In this document: positions 1 through 11,345 of the stretch, one piece after another
How the letters are laid out: each line of letters opens with the position of its first letter
Numbering within the stretch: the stretch's first letter is position 1
Assembly: GCA_963833425.1 (NCBI GenBank)
Contig: CAWHXP010000008.1
Coordinates: forward strand, 180,578-244,577
Origin: an uncultured Methanosarcinaceae archaeon
Lineage (GTDB): Archaea > Halobacteriota > Methanosarcinia > Methanosarcinales > Methanosarcinaceae
DNA: 64,000 nucleotides
Reading direction: 5' to 3'
Notes under the pieces: model-generated
Told to the model about the DNA's origin: nothing
Seen by the model: only the letters and a program-made list of their open reading frames with translations
The model's database searches: none
Program-made: the position numbers and the translations under genes

Positions 1-433
1 AGCCAGATAAAAGTCTGAAGGATCAAAATTTCGGTTGCTGCTAAGCGGCAAGCATCTGGGCATGTTCTTACTACCGTTATGATATAAGGAGATTATTCAA
101 AACTAAATATTTTAATTTGTTTATTTGCTTCTTACCTGCACTATTTTTCCCTTTTTTCAACATGGTTTTTGATGACATCGGAATTTGTACCATTGATAAC
201 AGTTCCCGTAAAACCTACCTCAATCTAAAGTTCACTAATGAATAATATTTTTAATATTAGATTTTCTTTGAAAATTTTTCGTGATGTAATATTCAGTATT
301 ATCTGTATTACACCTGGGAGAACATTTCGTCTTCACCAACAAAAAAATGGACGCGATATTATGAGTAACGATCGAATTAAATTCAAGACAGTAATTTTTA
401 AAAATTTCAAAGCAATGATATCTTAAATAATCT

Positions 434-519
434 AAAATTTCGATAAATTCATAAACTTCGAGATCTTTAGATAGGCTATATAAGTTATTTGTCTAAGTCA
501 AAGGTTTATCTAAATTCTC
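434..519 (-). mobile_element. Degenerate ~86-bp MITE (IS5-like terminal inverted repeats)
   Basis: Ends AAAATTTCGATAAATTC and AAAGGTTTATCTAAATTCTC; internal sequence resembles the reverse complement of the elements at 651 and 30522. Confidence 0.55.
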
Positions 520-650
520 AATTGATAATACCATTGTCCAAAAAAAATTTTGTAAATATCATACAGCAATTAAAATCTATGCGAGGTTTTATTATATGAC
601 CACAATGATTTGGACCCGTAATTCATTTTATAGGACCAAAATAGATTAAA

Positions 651-738
651 GAGAATTTCGATAAACCTTGGATTTCAACAAAATGTTATATTGGCTTTAT
701 AAATAACCATGTATAGATTGAAGTTCATCAAAATCCTC
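651..738 (+). mobile_element. ~88-bp MITE (IS5-like TIRs)
   Basis: GAGAATTTCGATAAACC ... AAGTTCATCAAAATCCTC; internal TTATATTGGCTTTATAAATAACCA matches the 30522 copy. Confidence 0.65.
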
Positions 739-962
739 AAAAATATAACTCCGTTAGTTAATGACGGTTCGAGAAAGTTTCCAGCTCAACAGAAAACTGT
801 GGAAATTTCGACTGAATAATTTATGTACTTTATACTACATTAATAATTTATGTAGTTATACAAATGTTCGCTTTATTTGACTGTAAGATACATTGTCAGT
901 CTCTTAGCAACTGTTATCTGTAAGCTGATCCTACTGGTATATTTGGTAAAAAGGGGAATTTA

Positions 963-1706
963 ATGGAATCGACACTGAAGTTCGGGGATAAAGTAGCCGT
1001 AGCAGATGTGAGAAAACTTCATGATATGGAAGACGTATTGTTTGATAAGGAATGGTTTGAGAAAACAGAGGAGATAAATAAAGATATATATTACATGTTC
1101 AGGGGTCTCACTGAAAATGACGATGATCTTGAAGTGATTAAAAGCCATCATCTCAGATATGACATTACTATAATCCCTCCGGGAATGCTAGGGTTAGAAT
1201 ATACTAAAACTGTCGGTCACTACCACCCTAAAGTTCCTGGGGCAGATATTTCTTATCCTGAAATCTACCAAGTACTTGAAGGCTATGCTACTTATCTCCT
1301 GCAAAAAGTGGAGCATGAAAATGAGGATGCACTCTTGGATGTTGTAGTAATCACAGCAGAAAAAGGAGATTTAGTGCTTGTACCACCAGAATATGGCCAT
1401 GTGACCATAAATGCTTCTGAAAATACCCTCAAAATGGCAAACTGGGTTTGCAGCGATTTTTCCTCCATTTATGAGCCCATTAAAAGGCTTTCTGGTGCGT
1501 CGTATTTCCTTCTAAAAGATGGCTTTGCCAAAAATCCCCTCTACAGAAATTTTTTACCCATTCGTTATCTTAAACCTCTAGATTGCAGCTGCTTCGGACT
1601 GATTTTTGGAGAAAATATATATGCACTCATACATAAAATTGAAAAACTTGAATTTTTGACATCCCCACAAAATTTTTTAATGTATTTAAATGGGATGTTC
1701 AGATAA
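963..1706 (+). CDS. pgi: Cupin-type archaeal glucose-6-phosphate isomerase
   Basis: TKTVGHYH, YPEIYQVLEG and VPPEYGHVTIN cupin PGI motifs. Confidence 0.85.
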   Translation: MESTLKFGDKVAVADVRKLHDMEDVLFDKEWFEKTEEINKDIYYMFRGLTENDDDLEVIKSHHLRYDITIIPPGMLGLEYTKTVGHYHPKVPGADISYPEIYQVLEGYATYLLQKVEHENEDALLDVVVITAEKGDLVLVPPEYGHVTINASENTLKMANWVCSDFSSIYEPIKRLSGASYFLLKDGFAKNPLYRNFLPIRYLKPLDCSCFGLIFGENIYALIHKIEKLEFLTSPQNFLMYLNGMFR

Positions 1707-1730
1707 ATAAACTTTAGAGATTTTTCCGCT

Positions 1731-2580
1731 GGTTCCGTTGCAAAAAATCCTTTCTAATGATACAATAGAATAAAAAGAAAACCAAAGATAGCAACTGCTA
1801 TCTAATTCCTTTAAATGGAAGCATTATGAAGGAGAAATTATCCTATTGAATGTAAGATGGTACTTAAAATATGCATTAAGTTATAGAAATTTAAAGGAAA
1901 TGATGGCAGAAAGGGGAGTAAAAGTCGACCATACAACAATCATGAGACGGGTACATCAATATTCCCCTGAAATAGAAAAAAAAATAAGAAGATATTTAAG
2001 ACCAACAAATGATTCGTGGAGAGTTGATGAAACCTATATCAAAGTAAAAGGTAAATGGGAATATTTTTACCGAGCAGTTGACTCAAATGGAGATACAATT
2101 GACTTCATGTTAAGTTCAAAACGAAACCGAAAAGCAGCGAAGAGATTTTTTAAAAAAGCTTTAAGTTCTAATCATAATCAAACTCCAAGAGTAATAACCG
2201 TTGATAAAATCCAGCTTATCCACCTGCTATAGATAAACTAAAAATTGATAAAATACTATCTAAAAACATAGGCATTCGACAAATCAAGTATTTGAATAAC
2301 ATTATAGAACAAGATCACAGATCTATAAAGAGAATCATTAATCCAATGTTAGGATTTCAGTCTTTTCGATCTGCTAAAGACTTTAAAAGGAATTGAAGCT
2401 ATAAATATGATCAAAAAAGGACAAGTAATCGATCTAAATTTCTCTGTTCTTAATGAAGTCAAATACATTAATCAATTGTTTGGCATAGTTTTATAATGTT
2501 AGTATATTTTCCTTGAATATTTTGTTTTTATTAATTACTTATAGATTTACATATTTTTTTGAAGTTTTTGCAACGGAACC
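1731..2580 (+). mobile_element. IS6-family insertion sequence, 850 bp
   Basis: Perfect 16-bp TIR GGTTCCGTTGCAAAAA / TTTTTGCAACGGAACC enclosing an IS6 transposase; no flanking target duplication. Confidence 0.95.
1801..2496 (+). pseudogene. IS6 DDE transposase, frameshifted
   Basis: FKWKHY..IILLNVRWY, WRVDETYIKVKG, YRAVD; frameshift near 2208 before (N)PAYPPAI..LNNIIEQDHR; second frameshift near 2380; start codon damaged. Confidence 0.9.
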
Positions 2581-3056
2581 GATGTTGTTGTACATAAATC
2601 AACAAGTGAATTTTGTTTCTATTTTATGATTCATTGATAAAGCTTCAACTTGCTATTATTGAAGATATTTTATAGATGTACGAAGATGAGATGGGTACGA
2701 AAAAATTCAAAACAGAAAGATTGGGAAAATTAGTATCTTTTTGGTTGATAAACTTATGAAAATCATTTGTTTGATGATCTTATTATGGGAAAAATGGGAG
2801 AGATTGCATGAGAAGATAATCTCATTACTTTCGTGCCAAAATTGTACTTTCATGTCAAAATTAATCTGACCTTCAATGACTAATAATAGGTAAATAGGCA
2901 GATAAATGCTACATCTGTATATCTGTTTAATGTCAATATTATAAAGCTTTCACTTAGGAGCCCGAGCCAGGAGACGACAAAGTCTCAGAAAATACAGATT
3001 AGCAATTATACACAACTTATAATAGGTATAAATACCTTCAATTATTGAGGATTCGA

Positions 3057-3815
3057 ATGCAGAAAAAAGGATACCGTCTTCAGTTTATGTCATCTAGAAT
3101 AAGGGATCTCATGTACAGGACTACATTTGCTCCTAAGGAAATGGACGGAGACATCATACTTAATCTTTCCATCATTGATAAGAAAGATCTAGATGAAGTC
3201 CTTAGAATTTTTAATATGGTGATCTCAAGCGGGCTTTCGGTAACACCTTACGTGAAAATATTTCAAGAGGGTGAGTCGATAGGAGATTTGACCATTGAAT
3301 TTGGAAAGGTAGGTATCGGGACAGTATGCAGCATAACAATCGACGGTGTACTGCTTAAAGCAGGGATTCCTGTAAATCCAAAACTTGGTGGAGTTGTTCA
3401 GATACGGAATGGATGCCCAGTGCGCTTCACTGATGTGCTGACTTATGTAAGCACTACAGTAGACCCACTTGAAATTCTAATGTCACAGGGTATTACATCC
3501 GTCTCGGAAATGCTTCGGACAGGTTCAGGCAAGATTCTTGCAAACCTCCGAGAAGCTCCAATGATTGCAAGAGACGCGATCGAAATTTGTCTTTCAGACC
3601 TTCTAGATGCGGAGTTCAGTGGAATTCTAGAAGTGGGAGAACCAAATAAAAGAGTTCTAGATGTCCCAATTGAGAGGGATCATCTTGGAATAGTTGTCAT
3701 TGGAGGGACAAATCCTATGGCTGTTGCACAGGAATATGGAATTTCAATAGATACGAGCGCGATGTCAAGTCTAATTTCATTCAAAGAAATGAGCAGGATT
3801 GAAGACGTATCTTAA
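3057..3815 (+). CDS. nrpRII: NrpR regulatory-domain (DUF128) protein without HTH, NrpRII-like
   Basis: [28 protein letters not shown] and [10 protein letters not shown] motifs; ATG at 3057 after GAGG. Confidence 0.8.
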   Translation: MQKKGYRLQFMSSRIRDLMYRTTFAPKEMDGDIILNLSIIDKKDLDEVLRIFNMVISSGLSVTPYVKIFQEGESIGDLTIEFGKVGIGTVCSITIDGVLLKAGIPVNPKLGGVVQIRNGCPVRFTDVLTYVSTTVDPLEILMSQGITSVSEMLRTGSGKILANLREAPMIARDAIEICLSDLLDAEFSGILEVGEPNKRVLDVPIERDHLGIVVIGGTNPMAVAQEYGISIDTSAMSSLISFKEMSRIEDVS

Positions 3816-3911
3816 AGCTTCTTTTATTGATCTATACAAAACCCTTTTATATTTTTACTGAGTCTATTATAATAAATTAAGCCTTTCGAAGTATCTGCCT
3901 AAATGATATGT

Positions 3912-5324
3912 TCACAGTGAAGTTGTCCTTTTTTGTAGCTGTTTCCCTATAAATATATCAAGCTTCTGGGTAAATTCTTCCGTTGTACTTTTAGGGATTG
4001 TCGCTCCCGCTGCAATATCATGTCCACCTCCCACTCCTCCAACTTCTGCTGATACCACAGACATGGCTTCTGCAAGATTTACTCCCCTGCGAAGAAGGTC
4101 CTGTGTTGCCCTACCTGAGACTTTAACTCCTTCATCGGCTTTTGCAAATGCAATAATCGGAAGGTTTCTGTTCTCAACTATTGTAGAACTCATGCCTGCA
4201 ATAATTCCTACTATGGTTTCTTTTATCTCCGAACCTGCATCGAAGTACTGAATATTTTCTAGTTGGATAACTCCTTTTTCTTTAACATGCATGAGCCCAT
4301 TAACAAGGTTCTGCCTATGTTCTGCAAGCAATTTACGGGCAAATTCATATGAATTCTCTCTATTTCCCATGCATACTGAAAGTCCGATTTCCGCATGGTC
4401 GTAGCGTGCAGTAGCATTGAGAAGTGTAGAAAATTCTGAAGCATCCCTCATCTCTGTTCCTTCTCTTTCTTTAAGGAGGACGTAAACTTCGCCTATCAGG
4501 CGCTCAATCTTGTATGAAGGTATCCCAGATTTGAGGCAGTACTGAATAAGTCCTGAAACAATTTTTTGTTTCTCCGGGGTTTCAAGGTCAATCCAGAGCC
4601 TCCAGCGTTCATCCTGGCTGAAGCGAATGTTAAGAGAATGAAGAAATTCAATGCAGGCTTCTTCGTTACCCGTAAGTCCCGGAAGATAAGGGTCTGATGA
4701 GTACTGAAACAACTTATAAATTGGGCGTGTTTGCTTTCCGAAGAGCGTCAAATCTTTTTTGAATTGGAGGATGTTCTTTTTCACTCCTGCTTCCAGAATC
4801 TCTCTGTTAACCCCAATCAAATGCCCCATTTTCAGATGCTGCATATCCCCTACCGCTCCTACAATGGCGAGGGGTGAGAGATCAGTGTTTTTTCCAATGG
4901 CCAAACCCAAAAGATAGGTACTTCCTGAGCCACTCAATTCATAGGAGCCGTTTGCTCCGAAAAGGTGTGGATTGATGTGAAATTGAATATTTCCCTTGGG
5001 CTGATGGTGGTCTGATATCACAGCATCGATCCCACGAGATTTTATCAATTCGCACATTCCACTTCCTAGATCAGTAAAGATGACAATTTTATGATTTTCA
5101 TCGGCTATGCCATCAAGAACCTTTTCATCAAGTTGCTTTACGAAACGTGTTGTATATTCGAACTTTCCCCGCTCAAGGGCTGTACAGATAATTCCCGCAG
5201 AAGTCAGCCCATCGGCATCTATGTGGGATACAACATGGACTGATTTCTGCTTTTTGATTTCATCAGCACACTTACTTGCTTCTTTCATAAGTGCCTTCAT
5301 TGCCACAGACATTATTCTCTCCAA
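3912..5324 (-). CDS. DHH/DHHA1 phosphoesterase (archaeal RecJ-like nuclease)
   Basis: SHIDADG, FTDLGSG, SDHH and GGGHDIAAGA motifs. Confidence 0.9.
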   Translation of the reverse strand: MERIMSVAMKALMKEASKCADEIKKQKSVHVVSHIDADGLTSAGIICTALERGKFEYTTRFVKQLDEKVLDGIADENHKIVIFTDLGSGMCELIKSRGIDAVISDHHQPKGNIQFHINPHLFGANGSYELSGSGSTYLLGLAIGKNTDLSPLAIVGAVGDMQHLKMGHLIGVNREILEAGVKKNILQFKKDLTLFGKQTRPIYKLFQYSSDPYLPGLTGNEEACIEFLHSLNIRFSQDERWRLWIDLETPEKQKIVSGLIQYCLKSGIPSYKIERLIGEVYVLLKEREGTEMRDASEFSTLLNATARYDHAEIGLSVCMGNRENSYEFARKLLAEHRQNLVNGLMHVKEKGVIQLENIQYFDAGSEIKETIVGIIAGMSSTIVENRNLPIIAFAKADEGVKVSGRATQDLLRRGVNLAEAMSVVSAEVGGVGGGHDIAAGATIPKSTTEEFTQKLDIFIGKQLQKRTTSL

Positions 5325-5357
5325 GATTTTTATTTGTCCCAGATTCTTTTCTTTTTA

Positions 5358-5846
5358 TCAGTTTTGCTTATATTCCCAGTTACTTGGGTTGATTCTGTAA
5401 TCTTTTCCATCTCTTTTGATTTCCGAAAAATTCCGAATTTCTTGTAATGTGAATTTAAGATTCTGAGTAAGATATTTTGTCTTAAGTTCTTCCCAGGGAA
5501 TTATATATGCTTCCCTACTATGTCCTGTCCCAAGGCGAAGTTCCACCGCAAGAAATCCTCGTCTTCCTGATTTGTTCAGGTAATTTGAAATCCTTTCTAT
5601 CTGATGGATTCCTTTTTTGTCCACAGTAAAGTGTTGTGAGAAGTAAAGTGCATTTGCTCCTTTTTCCACGGAGATACTTTTACACTCGATTCCCATATAT
5701 AAGTCGGGATTCAGAGAATCAACGAGAACATCAAGGAACTGGGGAGTAAACCTGTGTTGTTTAAGCCTGTAGGAGACGGCTCTCAGCCCATTTTCTTCAA
5801 TATATGCATTAAATGAGTTTACAAGCATATGTTCAAACTCAGTCAT
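5358..5846 (-). CDS. Conserved hypothetical protein, PD-(D/E)XK nuclease-like
   Basis: FE..LV, DVLVD..GIECKS pattern. Confidence 0.6.
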   Translation of the reverse strand: MTEFEHMLVNSFNAYIEENGLRAVSYRLKQHRFTPQFLDVLVDSLNPDLYMGIECKSISVEKGANALYFSQHFTVDKKGIHQIERISNYLNKSGRRGFLAVELRLGTGHSREAYIIPWEELKTKYLTQNLKFTLQEIRNFSEIKRDGKDYRINPSNWEYKQN

Positions 5847-6569
5847 GAAATCTCGTTTAATGTTTGCTTTATTTTACTTAAGCTTTTTACTTAAACTTGA
5901 TTTTTCCCGACCAGATAGCTAAAATAGGGATTTTTAGTTCGATTAACATCTCTTTCATGAGGAGGTCAGCAAGAATAGAACAATTAGATATTAGTAGGCA
6001 CCCAAAAAAATTAAATATGCTCTTGTAGAAACCAGAGAAGAGATTGAGATAATTTTTGAAGGTGATAGAGCATTGGAATATGTTGATCCAATGTTTTTGA
6101 GGCCATTCTACTCTGGACTTTTGTTTTTTTTGTTGTGCTTTGAACGATAGAAAAGGTGAAGAAATGCTAAGAACGGTATACAAAATGATTTAGACAGACT
6201 TCAGCTGTGGAAATATTGACGATTCAGAGAAAATGCAAGCTCTTATGTGAGGTTTGAAATTTCCGATTTAGTACTTTTAACTTAGATTAGCTCACATCTG
6301 ATATAATTTCAATGGTACATAAAGAAAAGTAAAACTAGGATGCAATGACAGATCCTGACATAAAAATAAGATTTATCCAGAAACTAAAAGGCTGAAGCTT
6401 TGACTTTTTGAAATGATTACACGGCTTTTATTAAGAGATTGATCCAAAGCCCGGAAAATATTACCATAAACTAGAACAGGAGCTCAACGACTTTCTGAAA
6501 GACTGGTTTAAAAATATGACTGAGATATAAGGTAATTAATTTGCAGCAGACCAGAAAGAATGGAAGGAT

Positions 6570-7032
6570 AATCTAGTAAAAACATTTTAGGGCTGGTTGA
6601 GAGTAACAAAGATATAGTGGTGTATAATTTGAGCTTAGAATTAAAGGATTCATATTTTTGCGCTTATTTTGGATACGCCATATCAGGTGATTTATTCAAA
6701 ACCATCTCGTAATCTTCAATCCGCATTTCTCTCAGATATTCCCCGAGATTGAAGTAACGATTAGTTATAATATAAGGAAATGCATTTGGATCTTTCGAAA
6801 TATTCTCAACAACGTAAAGATAGGAATCTTCACGTAACTGATACGCTATTTCCTCTTCGTTCTTCAGCGATCTTATTGATTCTACTTCTATTACCCCGTA
6901 GATTTGATCAAATTTCGTACCCGTTTCCTGATCACCTGCTTTTTCTACGATTTATCTGACTTTCTTGATAGTTTGTATTTGCTTGTCTTCTCTATCACTG
7001 AATAGTTACGCTAACCTGTCCTCATCTCCCAT
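6570..7032 (-). pseudogene. Decayed ORF of unknown function downstream of tRNA-Val
   Basis: ATG at 7032 (MGDEDRLA*LFSDRED...), long protein-like frame interrupted by several TAA stops. Confidence 0.4.
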
Positions 7033-7231
7033 TTGGTGCCTCTTTTTTAGATAAGTTTGCCTTTAATTGACTACTCTTAAAAATTCGGTTAAAAAGATAT
7101 ATACATATTTTTTTAATAGGTAAAAATATGATAAATAAGCAATTGAATAAAAAAAGTTGTAGGTGCTAAATTGAGCTTAAACACCTCCACTTTATTAATT
7201 AATGCACAATTCGAACAGAAAAGAAATCTAG

Positions 7232-7305
7232 TGGGCCCGCTGAGATTCGAACTCAGGACCTCCGCCGTGTGAAGGCGACGTCATAACCACCTAGACCACG
7301 AGCCC
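7232..7305 (-). tRNA. tRNA-Val(CAC)
   Basis: Reverse complement GGGCTCGTGGTCTAGGTGGTTATGACGTCGCCTTCACACGGCGGAGGTCCTGAGTTCGAATCTCAGCGGGCCCA; anticodon loop TTCACAC; CCA not encoded. Confidence 0.97.
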
Positions 7306-7662
7306 TTATTGCCTATATATAATTCTATGAAACAGCAGCATACTATGGTATTTATTGGGTATAAGTTTATCGGCTATTTTTGGGAAATCTGAAAAATTAT
7401 TATCTATGTTTTCCGACAATGTGTCGATGTTCGACAAAATCATTAATATGTAAATTGGCCAGTTTGGAAATCTACGAATCAGGAAACTCAAAATAACTAA
7501 ATATTTTAAAAATTTTATTGTCAAGAAACTGTTTATAATAAATAATAAAATACTTCTCAAGTTTCAAGTTTATTGATATTGTTTTACTTTGTTGCCGGTA
7601 ATCCTATGAACGGCCTCAATAAAATCGAATTCTTATAATACTTTTATAGCATTGCTAGCCTC

Positions 7663-8646
7663 ATGGAATTCTCACGAATTCTTATCATCGTTATCTGTTT
7701 ATTATTAATGACTGTAGCAGCTGGCTGCAGTGATCCAAAAATGAATACTCCAGGAAAAGTGCCTACAGAAAAAACAGCAGCTTCCGAGCAGACGACACAG
7801 TCAACTGAACAACTCATACCAACACCGACAGCTGGGCAGCCGAATTCTAAAATAACAAGTCAAAATAACGAGCTCCAATCTGCAGTTGTGAACCTTACAG
7901 TTCACTTCCTCGATGTCGGACAAGGAGATTCTATTTTACTTGAACACGGTAATGACACAATGCTCATTGATTCTGGTGAAATAGACAAAGGGGACGATGT
8001 AGCCACATATATAAAGAACGAAGGTATCAAGTCGCTTGATTACGTTGTTGCTACGCACCCTCACAGCGACCACATAGGAGGGATGTACGCTATTCTTAAT
8101 GATTTCCCGATAAAGCATTTTGTAGATAGCGGCTACACTTATTCCTCCAAAACTTATGAGAATATACTGACAACAATCGATAAGAAGAATATCCCATTTG
8201 AGACTCCAAAGAGAGGGGACAAAATAAACTTCACATCCGATATCGATGTCCAAGTTCTGAATCCGGGGAGTACATACTTTGCAGATGACGTCAACCAGAA
8301 CTCGGTTGTGCTAAAAATTACTGATGGAAAAGTGACTTTTTTACTGATGGGTGACGCGGGGATTGAAGCAGAAAATGAGATAATGAAAGATGGCTACAAT
8401 GTAGATGCTGATGTCCTGAAAGTCGGGCACCATGGCAGCAGAACGGCAAGTGTAGCTTCTTTTATAAGTGCAGTGAGTCCTGAGATAAGCGTTATAGAAG
8501 TTGGTGCAGGAAATGACTATGGACATCCGTATCAAAAGACTCTTGATAGATTGCAGAAGGTTTCAAAGGTATATCGAACCGATTTGGACGGCACAATCAC
8601 GGTAACAACTGATGGATCTTCCTATTCAGTGAGCGTGGAGAAGTGA
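7663..8646 (+). CDS. ComEC/Rec2-like metallo-beta-lactamase-fold lipoprotein
   Basis: Lipobox AAGC, Thr/Pro linker, FLDVGQGDS, THPHSDHIGG, LKVGHHGS, NDYGHP. Confidence 0.9.
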   Translation: MEFSRILIIVICLLLMTVAAGCSDPKMNTPGKVPTEKTAASEQTTQSTEQLIPTPTAGQPNSKITSQNNELQSAVVNLTVHFLDVGQGDSILLEHGNDTMLIDSGEIDKGDDVATYIKNEGIKSLDYVVATHPHSDHIGGMYAILNDFPIKHFVDSGYTYSSKTYENILTTIDKKNIPFETPKRGDKINFTSDIDVQVLNPGSTYFADDVNQNSVVLKITDGKVTFLLMGDAGIEAENEIMKDGYNVDADVLKVGHHGSRTASVASFISAVSPEISVIEVGAGNDYGHPYQKTLDRLQKVSKVYRTDLDGTITVTTDGSSYSVSVEK

Positions 8647-8650
8647 TTGC

Positions 8651-8875
8651 ATGGAACGCTTCAAAGTTACTATCGATAGAATTGAAGAAAATATTGCAGT
8701 ATTGCTAGTAAGGGACGAAGAAAAAATCAAAATAAATATCCCTCTAATTTTATTGCCTTCTGGAAGCAAGGAAGGCGACATTTTAGATGTTGCCATTACT
8801 AGGGACTTGCAAGAAACAGAGGCTGCAAAAAAAAGAGTTTCAGCACTACTTGAAAAACTTAAAAACAAGAATTGA
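8651..8875 (+). CDS. DUF3006 family protein
   Basis: IDRIEENIAVLL..LP.GSKEGDIL; the usual partner downstream of ComEC-like MBL genes. Confidence 0.85.
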   Translation: MERFKVTIDRIEENIAVLLVRDEEKIKINIPLILLPSGSKEGDILDVAITRDLQETEAAKKRVSALLEKLKNKN

Positions 8876-9345
8876 GACTAATGAGAGTGACGGGACGAGA
8901 CCGCTCAGATCGGGCTTGAGATGGGAATATACAGTTCGTTCTCGATTAACCAAATTTTTTCATAGGTAGATACAGTTTTGAGTGCATATTTGCGAATTTA
9001 AAAGTAGTACAACTTAGAGTGGATATATTTTTTAAATCTTATACGTGTTAATTTTTACACGAGATTGTAACGCCAATTTTTGACTGTCTCAGAAATACAA
9101 AAAAATATCAAAAATGATAATTTCACCATGATTTTATCGATTCAACTTGCAACTCCCACATCTTGCTATTCTTCCGAAAAATCGAGAAGATATAATTTTT
9201 TACAGTAAGTAAACTATATAAGTAGAGTTAGCTTAGGCGCAAACCGAGTTTGGAATATCACATCCTGACGATATATGCTAAGAATTATAACTGAAAATAA
9301 CGTTCTTTGAGATATATGATGGTTACGTAAAGATAAGGTGATTTA

Positions 9346-9675
9346 ATGAAGATGGTACAAGCAATAATACGGGCAGAAAGAATGGATAATGTAAAAAAAG
9401 CGCTTGAAGAAAAGGATTTTATAGCTATGAGCATTTTTGAGATAACTGGGAGAGGGGAACAGAAAGGTATAACCTTAGAGCATAGAGGAAAAAAAGTTGA
9501 AGTTGATACATTGCCTAAAGTCATGATCGAAATGGTGGTAAAAGACCAAGATGTCGATACTATTATCTCGACAATACGAGCTGCTGGGAGAACAGGAAAG
9601 GTAGGTGATGGTAAAATATTTGTCTTACCGGTAGAAATGGTGGCAAAAGTCAGAACTGATGAAATTTGGAAATGA
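9346..9675 (+). CDS. P-II family nitrogen regulatory protein (GlnB/GlnK)
   Basis: GRGEQKG T-loop, LPKVMIEMVV, RTGKVGDGKIFV; RBS AGGTGA. Confidence 0.95.
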   Translation: MKMVQAIIRAERMDNVKKALEEKDFIAMSIFEITGRGEQKGITLEHRGKKVEVDTLPKVMIEMVVKDQDVDTIISTIRAAGRTGKVGDGKIFVLPVEMVAKVRTDEIWK

Positions 9676-10200
9676 GTTATTAAGCAAAAAAAATTTTTGA
9701 GGATAGTATCCTCTATAAGCTAATGGCTGTAGGTGAAGTTTACGAGCATCCGGGACCATATAAGCTTTAAGTTAAAAATAGAAGCGTTTTAAGTCTGGAG
9801 GGTCGGAAATTCATTTCTTATCTGCTGAGAAGCAGGCAGAAGCAGTTGATAGTTATTATTCTCCGAAGACCTACACTGAGGAAGAGGAAGAAAAGACTAG
9901 AGGGAAAATCATGGAGAAAATTGACTGGATGGGAGGCCTTGAAGAGTTAGAAAACAGACTTATTCGAGGCTGTATAGCTTTAGGTATTGAATCATCAGAT
10001 TTAACGCCTAAACCCTAAAAAAACCAGAAAAATAAAGGTCAATTTTCTTTTTTTACTTGTGTCTATTGATGAGGGTTTTTGAATAAAATAGGATTAATGA
10101 TTTCATTATTGACTCTTTATTTTCTTCAAAAAAAAAGGGTTTTTATACTGTGAAGTCTTTGGTGATGAGCATTTTATAGAGACTAAAGAAACTAAGCCTT

Positions 10201-10623
10201 TTAAAATTCTCCGATAATTTGCAGCACGATTTTTCTAACCTTTTCAACCCTATCAAAGTTTATGTATACAATCTGCTGCCATGCCCCTAGCGTCATTCTT
10301 TTTTCAACAAAAGGGACCGTAAGACTAGGGCCTATGAGTAGCGCTCTTAAATGAGATCCTCCATTGAAATCTCCCCAAGTCTTATGATGATGATAATCCT
10401 TATCCAGAGGGATTAGCTTATCAAGAATCTCCGAAACGTCTATTGAAAGATTTAGCTCGAATTCCATTGTGGTTATCGCTCCGGTTGACCCGACGCAGAA
10501 TACAGTAACTGTCCCACTTCTTATATTCGAGTTTTTAACCTCTTTTGATATCATTTCAGTAATATCAACAATTCCACAGTCTTCTTTTCCAGCGACTGAA
10601 ATTTCTCGTGTTTCTATAGGCAT
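10201..10623 (-). CDS. yjbQ: YjbQ/UPF0047 family protein
   Basis: GSTGAITTMEFE, NGGSHLRA, LGAWQQIVYINFD. Confidence 0.9.
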   Translation of the reverse strand: MPIETREISVAGKEDCGIVDITEMISKEVKNSNIRSGTVTVFCVGSTGAITTMEFELNLSIDVSEILDKLIPLDKDYHHHKTWGDFNGGSHLRALLIGPSLTVPFVEKRMTLGAWQQIVYINFDRVEKVRKIVLQIIGEF

Positions 10624-10861
10624 GAAACGATAATTAGCATGTCAGATTTATATATCCTTCAGTCTCTGAAAAACCCTTTGAGTTAGATGAATAAAAGAAT
10701 TGATTCCTTGATTTAGGAGGCCAGAGATATTAAAATAATTAATAAAGTAGACTCTTTTATATGTATTATTATATTTTGAAAATTAGATGAGAAGAAGGGA
10801 GTTTGAAGTTTGTTTTCTACCAGGCCTCAACCCATATTTTTAGCCCAACCTTTTTGTTAAC

Positions 10862-11054
10862 GATTAAGGCATGAATAAACAGGGGTAATCACAATGGAGG
10901 ATCTCATTTGAGAGCATGGTTCATCGACCTAAGTTTTATAGTCCAACTTATTGAAAAAATTGACGCTTAGAACATGGCGGCAGATCGCATGTTAAACTTT
11001 GATAAAATTGAAAAGACAAGAAAAATCATGCTACAGATTATTGGGGAATTATAA
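10862..11054 (+). pseudogene. Decayed inverted copy of the yjbQ 3' half
   Basis: NGGSHLRA..LTLRTWRQI..NFDKIEKTRKIMLQIIGEL* parallels the C-terminus of 10201..10623. Confidence 0.8.
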
Positions 11055-11099
11055 AAGAAATTTGTAGCGAAAAAAAGACACAGAGATAATCATATTTAA

Positions 11100-11345
11100 C
11101 AGGACTTTCAATACGCAGCCTCGTTAGTAGTTGGAGACAAACTCTACGAAATTTATTCTTTAATTGATTGAAACCATGTCATATCATTTTCGATGTCCGT
11201 ATATTTTAACAAAATCATTTTCTGAGGACACCTGAAGCTAAAGTAATCATGATGTTTAAAATGCTTTTTGCAGTACTGGCATGGTCTTCAGACCTTGAAC
11301 TTGAAGAGTTATGCATTTATCGAATTTCTTTCAGGAATTTTTTTT
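11100..11345 (+). pseudogene. IS5-family transposase N-terminal remnant
   Basis: Broken frame reading VGDKL.EI.SLID..YFNK..MFKML..QYWHGLSDLELEELCI.RISFRNF. Confidence 0.75.

Noticed and set aside
2200..2232. Programmed frameshift in the IS6 transposase
   Set aside because: IS6 transposases are single ORFs; a second frameshift and a damaged start indicate a pseudogene
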